DNA of 64,000 nucleotides from Candidatus Multivoradales bacterium (GCA_965248925.1 CBDFLE010000005.1:2176001-2240000); one strand, 5' to 3'; shown: positions 7,503-17,436, counted from the stretch's first letter. The notes: generated from the letters alone by a model not told the origin. Numbers and translations are program-made.

Positions 7503-9887
7503 ATGAAGAAGTCCACCCTCGGTCTCGTTCTGATCCTATTGGCCGTGCTATCCGTACTGGCCAGCTTCAGCACCCTCTCCCCGCCGACCGCCGTCGACGA
7601 CCAAGCCGCCGCGGATCGTTTCTCCGCCGCCCGTGCCTGGCTTCATCTGCAGCGCATCGCACGGCAACCCCATCCGATGGGCACCCCTGAGCACGCCGCG
7701 GTCAGGGCCTATCTGAGCGACACACTGAGCGCTCTCGGGGTTGAGCCGGAGATTCAGACCGCCGCCGTGGCAGGCTTCAGCTGGCCACCTTGGGAGGTCG
7801 CCGGCACCGTCCACAACGTCATCGCCAGATTGCCGGGCAGCTCTTCGACCGGCACCGTACTGCTGCTGGCGCACTACGACAGCGTGCCGAGCAGTCCCGG
7901 CGCCGGTGACGATGGCGCGGCGGTGGCAGCGCTGCTCGAGACCCTGCGTGCACTCCAGTCAGGGCCGCAGCTGCGCAACGACATCCTCTTCTTGTTCACC
8001 GATGGCGAGGAGGTCGCCCTGCTGGGCGCCAAAGCCTTCGTCGAGCAGCACCGCTGGGCCGAGCAGCTCGACGTGGTGCTGAACTTCGAGGCCCGTGGCA
8101 CCGAGGGACCAGCGTTGATGTTCCAAACCAACGCCCCCAATCGACGAATGATCGAGGTCTTGGCCCGCTCCACCCCCCACCCGGTAGGGACTTCGCTCAG
8201 TGGCGAGATCTATCGGCGGATGCCGAACAACACCGACCTGACCGTCTTCAAGCCCCTCGGGGTGCTGGCGATGGACTTCGCTTTCATCCACGGTGAGTCG
8301 ACCTACCACACCGGTCAGGACGAGCTGGCACGACTCGATCGGCGGAGCCTGCAACACCATGGAGACAACGCCCTCGGCCTGGCCCGAGAACTCGGCAGTC
8401 TCGACCTCAGCACCGAGCTCTCCTCGACCCACAGCTCGATCTACTTCAACCTCAGCGGCCTCGGCTTGGTGACCTATCCGACCACCTGGGCGTTGCCGCT
8501 GCTGGCTCTCGCCTCGGTCGCCTTGGTGGTTCTGCTGGTGCTCGGCAGCAGGCGCCGACTATCACTGCTGGGGATGGTCAGCGCTAGCCTCTTTCACTTG
8601 CTCGGCACCCTGCTGGTCACCGTGCTGATGTACTTCCTCGGCCAGTGGCTGATCGGCTGGGGCTACGTCTTCTCCATCTGGGGGGGTTGGAGCAGCTTGA
8701 CCCTCTACCTCCTCGGGCTGGGACTGTCGACCCTCGCCCTGGCGCTGCTCTTTCACCGCTGGCGGGTCAAGCGCCAGGATGCTGACCACCTGATCGCCGG
8801 CGGCTTGTTGATCTGGTGGCTATTCGCGGTGTTCGCCACTCTGCTGGTACCCGGCGCGAGCTACCTCTTCACCCTGCCACTGATGCTCGCCTTGCTGGCC
8901 GCATGGCCCTGGTTGACCGGCGAATCGCAGCTCGACAGAGAGCGGGATGAGGTGTTGGTAGGCTGGCCACGGGTGGCTACCCTGGCCCTGGCGACGCTGC
9001 TGGTCTGCCAGCTATGGCCGCCGATCCTGTCGCTGGTCGGCCTTGCTCTGGGCAGCATCGGCGCGGCGGTCGCCGGACTGGTTTTGTTCCTGGTCCTCAA
9101 CACCCTCTTGGCACCCCAACTGGAGCTGGCCCGGCTGTCGCGCCTCGGCCGAACGCTGCCAGCGCTGCTGCTCGCTACCGGCTTGCTGCTGATCATCGCC
9201 ACTCGCATCTCGGCTCACCATGGGGCCGACAACAGGGGCTTCAGCGGCTTGATCTTGGTGCATGATGTCGATGCCGGCGAGGCCTTCTGGGCGACCCCTG
9301 ATCGCCAGCCGGACAGCTGGGCACGCCAGCTACTCGGCGACACCGCGCTGCAGCAGCAGGCACCGGCCTACCTGGCTTTCTCCCGTCGACCGATGCTCTG
9401 GCGGATAGCGGCCGAGGTGCCACCGGTGGCCGCCGCCGAGGTCGAGCTGCTGTCGCGACAGCCCGGCGATGGCGGCGATCGGCTGGAAATCCTCATCCGC
9501 TGGCCAGCAGCGGTCCATCAAGCTACCGTGCTGCTGCGCTCGGCAGGTGAGATCGCTTTCGTCTCCGTCGAGGGCCAGGAGCTGCGCGCCGGCCTCGACT
9601 TTGGCGACGGTGGGCAAGCCGCCCGCCGCGCACTGCGTTACTACGCGCCGCCAGCCGCGGGTATCCACCTAGTCGTCAAGGCCGATCCCGCAACCCCGCT
9701 GGTGGTCGAGACCGTCGGTCAGCTCTACCAGCTGCCGCCGCTCAACGGCGCGGTGCCGCGACTCCCCGACGACACCATGCCACGCCGCGGCTGGACCTAC
9801 GGCTCGACCTACCACCGCAGCCAGGTGGTCATCAACGCTGACACCGAGGTTGCCGCCGCGCCAGCAGCAGCAGAATCGCCGTCTTGA
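7503..9887 (+). CDS. Multi-pass membrane M28-family metallopeptidase (ERMP1/PFF1-like)
   Basis: Likely start MKKSTLGLVLIL at 7503. Zn-ligand motifs AHYDS, GAGDDG, DGEE, NFEARG and YHT are followed by about 8-9 hydrophobic TM segments and a soluble C-terminal domain. Confidence 0.9.
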   Translation: MKKSTLGLVLILLAVLSVLASFSTLSPPTAVDDQAAADRFSAARAWLHLQRIARQPHPMGTPEHAAVRAYLSDTLSALGVEPEIQTAAVAGFSWPPWEVAGTVHNVIARLPGSSSTGTVLLLAHYDSVPSSPGAGDDGAAVAALLETLRALQSGPQLRNDILFLFTDGEEVALLGAKAFVEQHRWAEQLDVVLNFEARGTEGPALMFQTNAPNRRMIEVLARSTPHPVGTSLSGEIYRRMPNNTDLTVFKPLGVLAMDFAFIHGESTYHTGQDELARLDRRSLQHHGDNALGLARELGSLDLSTELSSTHSSIYFNLSGLGLVTYPTTWALPLLALASVALVVLLVLGSRRRLSLLGMVSASLFHLLGTLLVTVLMYFLGQWLIGWGYVFSIWGGWSSLTLYLLGLGLSTLALALLFHRWRVKRQDADHLIAGGLLIWWLFAVFATLLVPGASYLFTLPLMLALLAAWPWLTGESQLDRERDEVLVGWPRVATLALATLLVCQLWPPILSLVGLALGSIGAAVAGLVLFLVLNTLLAPQLELARLSRLGRTLPALLLATGLLLIIATRISAHHGADNRGFSGLILVHDVDAGEAFWATPDRQPDSWARQLLGDTALQQQAPAYLAFSRRPMLWRIAAEVPPVAAAEVELLSRQPGDGGDRLEILIRWPAAVHQATVLLRSAGEIAFVSVEGQELRAGLDFGDGGQAARRALRYYAPPAAGIHLVVKADPATPLVVETVGQLYQLPPLNGAVPRLPDDTMPRRGWTYGSTYHRSQVVINADTEVAAAPAAAESPS

Positions 9888-10101
9888 CTTGGGTCCGCCA
9901 GGCCCATTTTAGGGTCAGGCGTTGGCAGCCGGCCAGCAGCGAGAAGACCACCAGCGGGTCGAGCTCGGCAGAACTCTCCCACACCAGGTCGCCGTTGCCA
10001 TCGCGGGCCGGGTAGAGCGGCAAGATGATGAGATCGGCCTGCGGATCGAGAGGGCCGCAGGAGGGCGGGCTCGGGTCAAGGCTGTCATTCGGCAGCACTT
10101 G

Positions 10102-11802
10102 CTACTCGGCGCCAGTACCTATCAACTGGTATTCACCCTGCTCGAGCACTGGCCCGTCGTAGGCGATCTTTCCGTCAGCCAACTTGATCAAGCGATCGGC
10201 AACGCCGTAGTACTGATCGTCGTGGCTCACCACCAGCACGGTCTTGCCGTCCGCTCGCAAAGCTGGCAACAACTCGTGATAGAAGATGCGCTTAAAATAC
10301 GGATCCTGGTCCGCCGCCCACTCGTCGAAAACATAGATCTGCCGATCTTCCAAGAAAGCCGTCATCAGAGCCAGGCGTTTGCGCTGACCTTGGGACAGCT
10401 CAATAGTCGATAACTTGCCGCCATCCACCTCGACTTTATGATCCAGTTTGAGCTCTTCCAAGAAGTGCCGGGCGCGCGAGTCGACGTTGGCAGAGTCGAT
10501 ACCCAAGAGCTCCTCGAACAGGTAGAAGTCCGAAAAGACGGCGGTAAAAAGCTGCCGATAGCTATCGCGAGTCTGATCCGAGACGACCTCCTGGTCGAGG
10601 AGTATCCGCCCCTTCTCTGGCACGTAGAGCCCAAGAATCAGCTTGACGAAGGTGGTTTTTCCGGTGCCATTGCCGCCGACGATAAAGACTAGCTCGCCAC
10701 GACGAAAAGTCAGATCGATAGGACCCAGATCAAAACCATCTGCCTCGGTCTCCTGATAGTACGTATGTTGCACACCTTCCAAGGTGATCTCGCTCCAATC
10801 GAGATTGCCATTGGTTCCGCTCAGCGCCAGTCCTTCCTCTTCCGCTGATGCCAGCTCTAGTCCCAAGTTCTCGATCTTCTGTACCGCGACCCGGGCACGG
10901 GCCAAGCCCGGAATGATGTTCAGCAAAATCTCTAGTGGGCCCATCAGATGGAGAATCACCAAGACATAGCCGGTCAGAGCCTCACGACTGACCGGGAAGT
11001 AGCGCGGATAGACCAGGATGACACCACCAATGAGGACATAGAACAGAATTTGTCCCCAACTCTGGGCGGCGGTGGTGATCAGCCCGCCACGGTAGGACGC
11101 AGCCTGCTGAAGGGTAGCTGAGGCACGCAGGTGATCTTCGAAAAAGACTGCTCTGCGCTGACTGTGCAGCTTGAGTTCCTTGGCGCCACCGGTGAGCCCT
11201 TGCAGAGCCTTGAACAGAGCGTCCCAATGCTCGCGCGACACCCGCATATGTCCGATCGCCCGAGTCAGCGGAATCTGGTAGGTCACCAGGCCAACACCCA
11301 TCGCCAGCAAGACCACCAGCAGCAAGGGCCAGGAGAGCCAGCCTAGATAGACCAAGCAGCCCACCAGCACCGCGCCATGCATGCAGAGCAAGGGAACGGT
11401 GGAGAGGGCCGCCGAAAGGGATCCGACGTCGTCGGTCAAGGTGGCCAACAAGCGGTGAGGCCCGAGTTGCTCGAGGGTCCGTAGGGGCGAGCCGAGAATC
11501 TTCTTGGCCAGCTGCATTCGAACCTCCAACACCGTCGTCAGCGACAACTTCATCAGCAGCACACTGGAGATGAATCGCGCCACCGGCAATACGACACAGA
11601 GCACCACGAAACCCCACAGGACCCGCGGATCGGTCACTTCGTTGACAGTGCTGAGGGTACGGTTCATCAGCGCTACCAAGCCGACGCTGGCCAAACCGCT
11701 ACCTGCTCCTGCCAGACCGATCATCAGTATCCGCAGACGAGACAAACTGATTTCGCGGGTAAACCGCAGCAGGAAAGAGATGACTTGAGAGATGTCTTTC
11801 AT
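10102..11802 (-). CDS. Cyclic-peptide export ABC transporter (SyrD/PvdE/YojI family)
   Basis: Six-TM N-terminal domain with G-x-KELKL. Walker A GGNGTGKT, AVFSDFYLF, signature LSQGQRKRLAL, and family-typical FDEWAADQDP..F...FY. Confidence 0.95.
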   Translation of the reverse strand: MKDISQVISFLLRFTREISLSRLRILMIGLAGAGSGLASVGLVALMNRTLSTVNEVTDPRVLWGFVVLCVVLPVARFISSVLLMKLSLTTVLEVRMQLAKKILGSPLRTLEQLGPHRLLATLTDDVGSLSAALSTVPLLCMHGAVLVGCLVYLGWLSWPLLLVVLLAMGVGLVTYQIPLTRAIGHMRVSREHWDALFKALQGLTGGAKELKLHSQRRAVFFEDHLRASATLQQAASYRGGLITTAAQSWGQILFYVLIGGVILVYPRYFPVSREALTGYVLVILHLMGPLEILLNIIPGLARARVAVQKIENLGLELASAEEEGLALSGTNGNLDWSEITLEGVQHTYYQETEADGFDLGPIDLTFRRGELVFIVGGNGTGKTTFVKLILGLYVPEKGRILLDQEVVSDQTRDSYRQLFTAVFSDFYLFEELLGIDSANVDSRARHFLEELKLDHKVEVDGGKLSTIELSQGQRKRLALMTAFLEDRQIYVFDEWAADQDPYFKRIFYHELLPALRADGKTVLVVSHDDQYYGVADRLIKLADGKIAYDGPVLEQGEYQLIGTGAE

Positions 11803-11870
11803 GAATATCCGCTAGAGTGCAAAATCAGAGTGGGAAGAATGCCGCTCTACCAGCAATTCCAATCCAAGTC

Positions 11871-12914
11871 TCAGTTGACCGGTTCAAGGGTGTGAGGCTG
11901 GCCCATCGCGACGATGATCTTACGTGGCCCAGCGAACGCCTCGCGGCCGTGAGAGACCAGGAAGTTGTCGACCAGCAACAAGTCGCTTTGCTGCCAATCG
12001 AAGCGCACTGCCTGACGCTCATAGAGATCCCGCACCTCCCCCATCGCCAGCGAGTCGATCGGCGAGCCGTCACCGAAGAAGGCGTTCCTCGGCAGCTCAT
12101 CTTGGTCGAATTCCTCGAGCAACGCCGCACGCACCCGCGGCTCGAGATTCGATTGGTGAAAGAGGTGCGCGTGATTGAACCACACTCGTTCACCAGTTTG
12201 CGGATGATCGGCCACAACGTGTCGGACCACCCGGGTCCGCAGACGATTCTTACCGCGCCATTCGACTTCCATCCCAGCACTTTTACAAAAGGCTTCGGCA
12301 ACCTCCCGCTCGGTAGTCTGGAACGCTTCTTGCCATGAGATATCAACCCCCTCGCCGTAGTTCCGGACATACATCACTTTCTTGCGCAGAAACTCCTGCC
12401 GCAAGTCTTTGTCAATCAAGCCAAAAATCTTGCGGTCCTCGACCACCGGCGTACGCCCGGCCCGAGTTGGCGGCTGCTGGCAGTAGAACATCAGGCGAGT
12501 CGGACAGGTCTGGGCATAGGACATCTCGTGGTGAAGGGGGATGATCTGACTGGCCGGGAACTCGGTCGAAGTATAGACCCCCTTGGCGACCGACAACCGG
12601 GGCGCTGCACGGTCCTGGTAGTCCAGGAGCTTGGGAACAAAAACCTCCGACACGGCGCGAAATGGCTCCACCCCATCCACTCCAAAGCCCCGAAACAGGA
12701 CCGCCCCCGCGGCGAGCAACTGCTCTTCGATCAGAGCCAAGTTACCGGCTGCCCAATCCCGCAGGTCAACACTGCCTTCGGCCGGCTTCGCCACTCTCAC
12801 AAAGCCGGTTTCCGGCGAGCTTCCGAAACTGACCGCCGCGGCCGAAGACAGGCGAACTGATTTCCGCTGCCGCCGACCCGGTAGGGAGGATGACCGACGA
12901 TTCATCTTCTTCAT
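11871..12914 (-). CDS. TauD/TfdA-family Fe(II)/2-oxoglutarate dioxygenase, SyrP-like aminoacyl-PCP beta-hydroxylase (copy 1)
   Basis: GAVLFRGF, VYTSTEFP, HHEMSY (HxE), WFNHAHLFH, and DN..VSHGR..F.GPRKIIVAM. Start is placed at MKKMNRR (12914) to avoid overlap with the upstream gene. Confidence 0.9.
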   Translation of the reverse strand: MKKMNRRSSSLPGRRQRKSVRLSSAAAVSFGSSPETGFVRVAKPAEGSVDLRDWAAGNLALIEEQLLAAGAVLFRGFGVDGVEPFRAVSEVFVPKLLDYQDRAAPRLSVAKGVYTSTEFPASQIIPLHHEMSYAQTCPTRLMFYCQQPPTRAGRTPVVEDRKIFGLIDKDLRQEFLRKKVMYVRNYGEGVDISWQEAFQTTEREVAEAFCKSAGMEVEWRGKNRLRTRVVRHVVADHPQTGERVWFNHAHLFHQSNLEPRVRAALLEEFDQDELPRNAFFGDGSPIDSLAMGEVRDLYERQAVRFDWQQSDLLLVDNFLVSHGREAFAGPRKIIVAMGQPHTLEPVN

Positions 12915-12963
12915 GATCTCAAAGGCCCCTCGGGCCACGATCCGAACCGCAAACGGATCGCTC

Positions 12964-14034
12964 TTAGTTGGAATTCGGAGTTTCGGTCCTCGCGGTGACA
13001 TCCCGCCAGGCAATCGGAACAGCCATGGCGACCACGATCTTGCGAGGACCCGAGAAAGCAGCTCGACCATGGGCGGCAAGCATGTTGTCCAGCATCAAGA
13101 TGTCGCCTTGCTGCCAGGGAAACTCGACCGTTTCAGCGGCGTAGGCCGCACGTAGTTCGTCGAGGACCGCCGGTTCGATATCTGCGCCGTCTCCGTAGTA
13201 GGTATTGTTCGGCAAGTCTTCCTGCGCAAACCCCGACAACAGAGCTTCGCGGATGCTGGCCTCGAGAGTGCTGAGGTGAAAGAACGTGATGTGGTTGAAC
13301 CAGGTAAGCTCGCCGCTGAGCGGATGCCGCGCTAGAGCCGGTCGCACCTGCGCCGTCCGCAGCCTCCCCTCTGGCAGCCATTGGTACTCAATCTGGCTGC
13401 GCTCACAATAGCCCTCCAACTGACGCCGATCAGAGGTCTGAAAGGCCTCCTGCCAGGTCAGACCGAATCTGCCGTTGAAGTTTCTTACGTAACGATAGCC
13501 GCGATCACGGAATGTCTGGACCACCGCCGGATCGAGTCTGCGTAGCACAGCTCGAGAGTCAGCGATTGGCGTCACGCCTCCCTGCGCCGGCGCGGTTACG
13601 CAATGGAAAGCAATCCTGTTCGGAAAGACCAGATTATATGACTGCTCATTGTGTAGGTAGATCCGCTGGTCTTGCGGTTGGTCGGTCGAGGTGTAGATGC
13701 GGCCTCCGACCTTGGAACGAGGGGAAGAACGCTCAGTATATTCGAGCGCTTCACCACAAGACTGGGTGATGAAGTCCTGGAACTCCGCGACCGACCGGAC
13801 ATTGAAGCCACGGAACAGGATGCCGGCATAGCGAGTCAGCTTGGATTGCAGATCGGTTCGATGTTCGGCCGCCCATTCGATCAAGCTGAGATCGGCCACC
13901 GCGGGCTCGATAACCAACGGCAGGCCAGAGGAATTACCAAGGAACCGCTCTTTGACGAGTTCGCCCTCAGTCAAAGTTACGGTCTTCCTCGCTCTTCGCG
14001 AAATAGAACCTGCCATTACTGAACTACGTTTCAT
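12964..14034 (-). CDS. TauD/TfdA-family Fe(II)/2-oxoglutarate dioxygenase, SyrP-like (copy 2)
   Basis: GILFRGF, IYTSTDQP, HNEQSY (HxE), WFNHITFFH, and DNMLAAHGR..F.GPRKIVVAM. GGAGAGGA RBS precedes the ATG at 14034. Confidence 0.9.
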   Translation of the reverse strand: MKRSSVMAGSISRRARKTVTLTEGELVKERFLGNSSGLPLVIEPAVADLSLIEWAAEHRTDLQSKLTRYAGILFRGFNVRSVAEFQDFITQSCGEALEYTERSSPRSKVGGRIYTSTDQPQDQRIYLHNEQSYNLVFPNRIAFHCVTAPAQGGVTPIADSRAVLRRLDPAVVQTFRDRGYRYVRNFNGRFGLTWQEAFQTSDRRQLEGYCERSQIEYQWLPEGRLRTAQVRPALARHPLSGELTWFNHITFFHLSTLEASIREALLSGFAQEDLPNNTYYGDGADIEPAVLDELRAAYAAETVEFPWQQGDILMLDNMLAAHGRAAFSGPRKIVVAMAVPIAWRDVTARTETPNSN

Positions 14035-14372
14035 GCCAACTCCTCTCCACAGTTCAAACGGTGACCAGGGCAACCCGAGAGTTTCCGGAAATCGCTGCCT
14101 CAGAGTAATAACTTGAAGAGGAAGATCACCGGGTCGAGCATATACCAAGACTCCCGGAATGAGCGTTTCTCGACTCCGCTCTGAGCACTGCCCCGGCTTT
14201 CGAGAGATCCTTCTGGAAGGTCAGATTCTTTCTGCTTCTCGGCACTTTCTCGAGCCGCGGCTAGAACAGCCTGAGCCCCTCCCCGACCTACTCCGCCTGA
14301 TACACTGAAAACGAAGCGTACTCGCCACAGATTGACCCTTTAGCCAACGACGATTGCCACTGTGGAATCATC

Positions 14373-16817
14373 GTGGAGCGAATATTCATGCTAAGAGAAT
14401 TCTCGGAAGAGCTGCTCGGAACCCTCAAGACCCTGGTCCGATCGCGGCCCCCAGAGATGCTGGCCGCGGTTCTCACCATGGCCCTGGGCTGCTGTGGGGT
14501 GATCACCGCCTTCACCGTCGTCAACGGCGTCTTGCTGCGCCCGCTCCCCTACCCGGAGCCGCAGCAGCTAGTCGCCGTCTGGAATGAGTTCTCCCAGCTC
14601 GGTCTACCCCGCTTGGAACTCTCTGAGCCCGAGTTGATCGACTTCCGGGAGCAAGCCAGCTTCCTGCAAGACATCGCGGCAACCTACGTAGTCGACGCAA
14701 ACGTTACTGGTGGCGGCGGGCCCGAACGTCTTCGCGCGTCGCTGACCTCGGCCAGTCTCTTCCGACTGAGTGGCTTGGAACCTGTGCAAGGCAGATCGTT
14801 TGCCGCCGATGAGGATCAGCGCGGAGGCCCTCGAGTGGCGGTGATCAGCTACCGGTTATGGCAACGGCGCTACGGCGGTTCAGCGGGCGCCATTGGCGAG
14901 GTGTTGTCGCTGAATAGCATCCCGCACGAGATCATCGGAGTGATGCCAGGCGAGTTCCAGTTGCCGGCCGGAGTCGACCTGTGGCTTCCCCTGCGTCTGG
15001 ATACGGAACAGCCGGCAAGACGTTCTGAGCACCTGTACGAGGTGTTCGCTCGGCTCGCGCCGGGGGTCAACTTCGACCAAGCCAATTCCCAGATGCGGGT
15101 GATCGGCGAACGGCTGCAGAGTGAATATCCCAACTACTACCCGGCCGATAGCGGCTGGGGCAGCTACCTGGTGCCGCTGCTCGACGAAGTCACCGGAGAC
15201 AGCCGCCCAGCGCTGTTGGTGCTGCTCGCCGCTGGCACTTTGGTTTTGTTGATCGCTTGCGCCAACATGGCCAATCTGTTCCTCGCTCGAGCCGTCGCGC
15301 GCACCCGTGATACAGCGATCCAGGTCGCCCTGGGCTGTGGTGCCAGGCGGATTGCGATGCGTGGAATCAGTGAGAGCATCGTCGTCAGCTTGGCGGGCGC
15401 AGGGCTCGGATTGCTGATTGCTAGCCTCCTATTGGACGCTTTCCTCAAGCTCTTCCACTCAGTCATCCCGCGAGCGGATATGGTCCAGCTCGATAGACGC
15501 AGTCTGATTTTCACTCTCTTGCTGCCGCTAGCCACTGGCCTACTGCTCGGCGTTCTGACGGGCTTGCAGGGAGTCAAACGCAACTTGGTGACCTACCTCA
15601 AGGAGGGCGGCGAGAAGTCCATGGGCGGAGTGGCCAAAGGCCGACTGCGGAAACTGGTGATCGTGATCGAGACCGCCCTCGGCTTGATCTTGGTCTCCGC
15701 CGCCGTGCTGCTGGCCCGCGGTTACCTCAATCTCCAGCGCGTCGATCCTGGATTCTCTGCTCCGCAGGTGCTGACCCTACAGCTCAATCTACCGACCCGA
15801 GACTACCGCGAGGACACTCAGCTCAACGAGTTCTACCGTCGCTTGCTCGAACAGGTCAATGCCCTGCCGACGGTCGACCGAGCCGGCCTGATCGACTACT
15901 TGCCGTTGGGTGGTATCGAGTCCTCCGGGTCATATTACGTGCCGGAGAGAACCACCGCCGAAGGTGAGATTGCCCCCGAGGCCGACATCCGAGTGATCAG
16001 CTCTGGCTACCTGGAGTCCATGGGCCTCGAGCTGATCCAAGGTCGCGACTTCGCAGCGTCCGACGACACTACCGCTGGACCGGTGGCAATCATCGACCAG
16101 AACCTGGCGCGAAAAGTATGGCCTGATCAGGATCCACTCGGCCGACAAATCAATCGACAAGGACTCGACGCTGCGTACGCGACGGTGATTGGGGTGGTCA
16201 AGTCGGTGCGCAACTCGGGCCTCGACGTGACTTCCCGCGAGCAGCTCTATCTGCCCTTCGAGCAGCAGCCCTCGCGCTCGGTCTTCTTGGCTGTCCGCAG
16301 CCACATAGAGCCCGGCACCATCGTTGAGTCGATTCGACGGCAGGTCATGGCGCTCGACCCTAACCTACCGATATTCGATATCCAGACCATGTCGAATCGA
16401 GTCGACAGCTGGATGCTGACCCGGCGTTTCTCGACTCTTCTACTGGGACTTCTGGCGCTGCTGGCAGTACTGCTGGCAGCAGCCGGCGTCTACAGCCTGC
16501 TGAGCTACATGGTGGCGCGTCGCCAACGGGAGATAGGTCTGCGTTTGGCGCTTGGCGGATTGCGTCGGGACATCTTTCGCTTGATTCTCGGCGAGGCCGG
16601 CAAGCTCGCTCTGCTGGGCATCGCCTGCGGCGTCGTCGGCACCCTGCTGCTGAGCGGCTTCCTGACTTCGCTGATCTACGGTCTCAGCGCCACCGATCCG
16701 CTGACCCTGGTGATCAGCTCGGTGCTGCTGATCTTGGTAGCGCTGGGTGCCAGCTTCTTGCCAGCCTGGCGGGCGACGCGTATCGACCCGATGGTGTCGA
16801 TACGCGAGGCCGATTGA
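14373..16817 (+). CDS. ADOP-type (duplicated MacB/FtsX-like) ABC permease
   Basis: VLLRPLPYPEP, LLIACANMANLFLARA, DPGF, REIGLRLALG and PAWRATRIDPM motifs. Two MacB-periplasmic/FtsX repeats and no nucleotide-binding domain. Confidence 0.9.
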   Translation: MERIFMLREFSEELLGTLKTLVRSRPPEMLAAVLTMALGCCGVITAFTVVNGVLLRPLPYPEPQQLVAVWNEFSQLGLPRLELSEPELIDFREQASFLQDIAATYVVDANVTGGGGPERLRASLTSASLFRLSGLEPVQGRSFAADEDQRGGPRVAVISYRLWQRRYGGSAGAIGEVLSLNSIPHEIIGVMPGEFQLPAGVDLWLPLRLDTEQPARRSEHLYEVFARLAPGVNFDQANSQMRVIGERLQSEYPNYYPADSGWGSYLVPLLDEVTGDSRPALLVLLAAGTLVLLIACANMANLFLARAVARTRDTAIQVALGCGARRIAMRGISESIVVSLAGAGLGLLIASLLLDAFLKLFHSVIPRADMVQLDRRSLIFTLLLPLATGLLLGVLTGLQGVKRNLVTYLKEGGEKSMGGVAKGRLRKLVIVIETALGLILVSAAVLLARGYLNLQRVDPGFSAPQVLTLQLNLPTRDYREDTQLNEFYRRLLEQVNALPTVDRAGLIDYLPLGGIESSGSYYVPERTTAEGEIAPEADIRVISSGYLESMGLELIQGRDFAASDDTTAGPVAIIDQNLARKVWPDQDPLGRQINRQGLDAAYATVIGVVKSVRNSGLDVTSREQLYLPFEQQPSRSVFLAVRSHIEPGTIVESIRRQVMALDPNLPIFDIQTMSNRVDSWMLTRRFSTLLLGLLALLAVLLAAAGVYSLLSYMVARRQREIGLRLALGGLRRDIFRLILGEAGKLALLGIACGVVGTLLLSGFLTSLIYGLSATDPLTLVISSVLLILVALGASFLPAWRATRIDPMVSIREAD

Positions 16818-16827
16818 ACGCTGCTGA

Positions 16828-17436
16828 TCAGGCTTCGATCTGCTCGAGGACCCGGCGTAGTTCTGCTTCCTCACCGATCAGCTGACGCTCGGCCGCAGCG
16901 CGAATGGCGGCGATTTGCTCCGCCGCCCAATCGTGGGTCATCAACTCGGTGAAGTAGATCCGTTTGACCCAGGGTCTCTGCAACTGCTGAATCTCTTCAA
17001 GCACTCCCTCGAGGCCGTGCAGGTCGAGCAGTCGCTCAACCCGCCGCTCGACTCCCAAGCCAGTGCGGCGAATCACCAGCGGCAAATGCTCAGTCAACCA
17101 GCGCTCAGCGGCCGCGGCGGCTAGGGGTTGGTCGTCGAGGGTCACAGCGCGTTGCGGAACTCCGCCAGCCGAGGCCCGATATTCACACCGCACCGTGCCG
17201 CCCTCGCCCGCCTGCCGAATGATCAGATAGCTGCCGGCGGCAAGATGGGCGACGTCGCCATCGTCGTCCGCAAAGATGATCTCACCCAGGGCCTCGACTT
17301 TGTAGAGCGAGCCACTGCCATGGTCTCCCCAATTGTAGATCTCAGCCACCGAACTGTCGGCGACGATCTCCCCACCTCCCGCAGCGCAGAGAGAGGCCAA
17401 GCCAAACATCGCGATCAATACTGAAGTCCATTTCAT
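16828..17436 (-). CDS. Hypothetical secreted protein translationally coupled to the terminal NRPS
   Basis: The ATG at 17436 overlaps the NRPS TGA (ATGA), with a GGAGGA RBS. Signal peptide MKWTSVLIAMFGLASLCAA. Confidence 0.75.
   Translation of the reverse strand: MKWTSVLIAMFGLASLCAAGGGEIVADSSVAEIYNWGDHGSGSLYKVEALGEIIFADDDGDVAHLAAGSYLIIRQAGEGGTVRCEYRASAGGVPQRAVTLDDQPLAAAAAERWLTEHLPLVIRRTGLGVERRVERLLDLHGLEGVLEEIQQLQRPWVKRIYFTELMTHDWAAEQIAAIRAAAERQLIGEEAELRRVLEQIEA

Noticed and set aside
12915-13079. Extended start of dioxygenase copy 1 overlapping copy 2
   Set aside because: It would overlap the conserved C-terminus of the upstream gene. The ATG at 12914 gives a length matching the paralogue.
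10102-14034. Assignment as a syringomycin or pyoverdine cluster because of SyrD/SyrP-like genes
   Set aside because: Module codes, a stand-alone E domain, absence of dual E/C domains and absence of siderophore uptake genes in the window do not fit those pathways.
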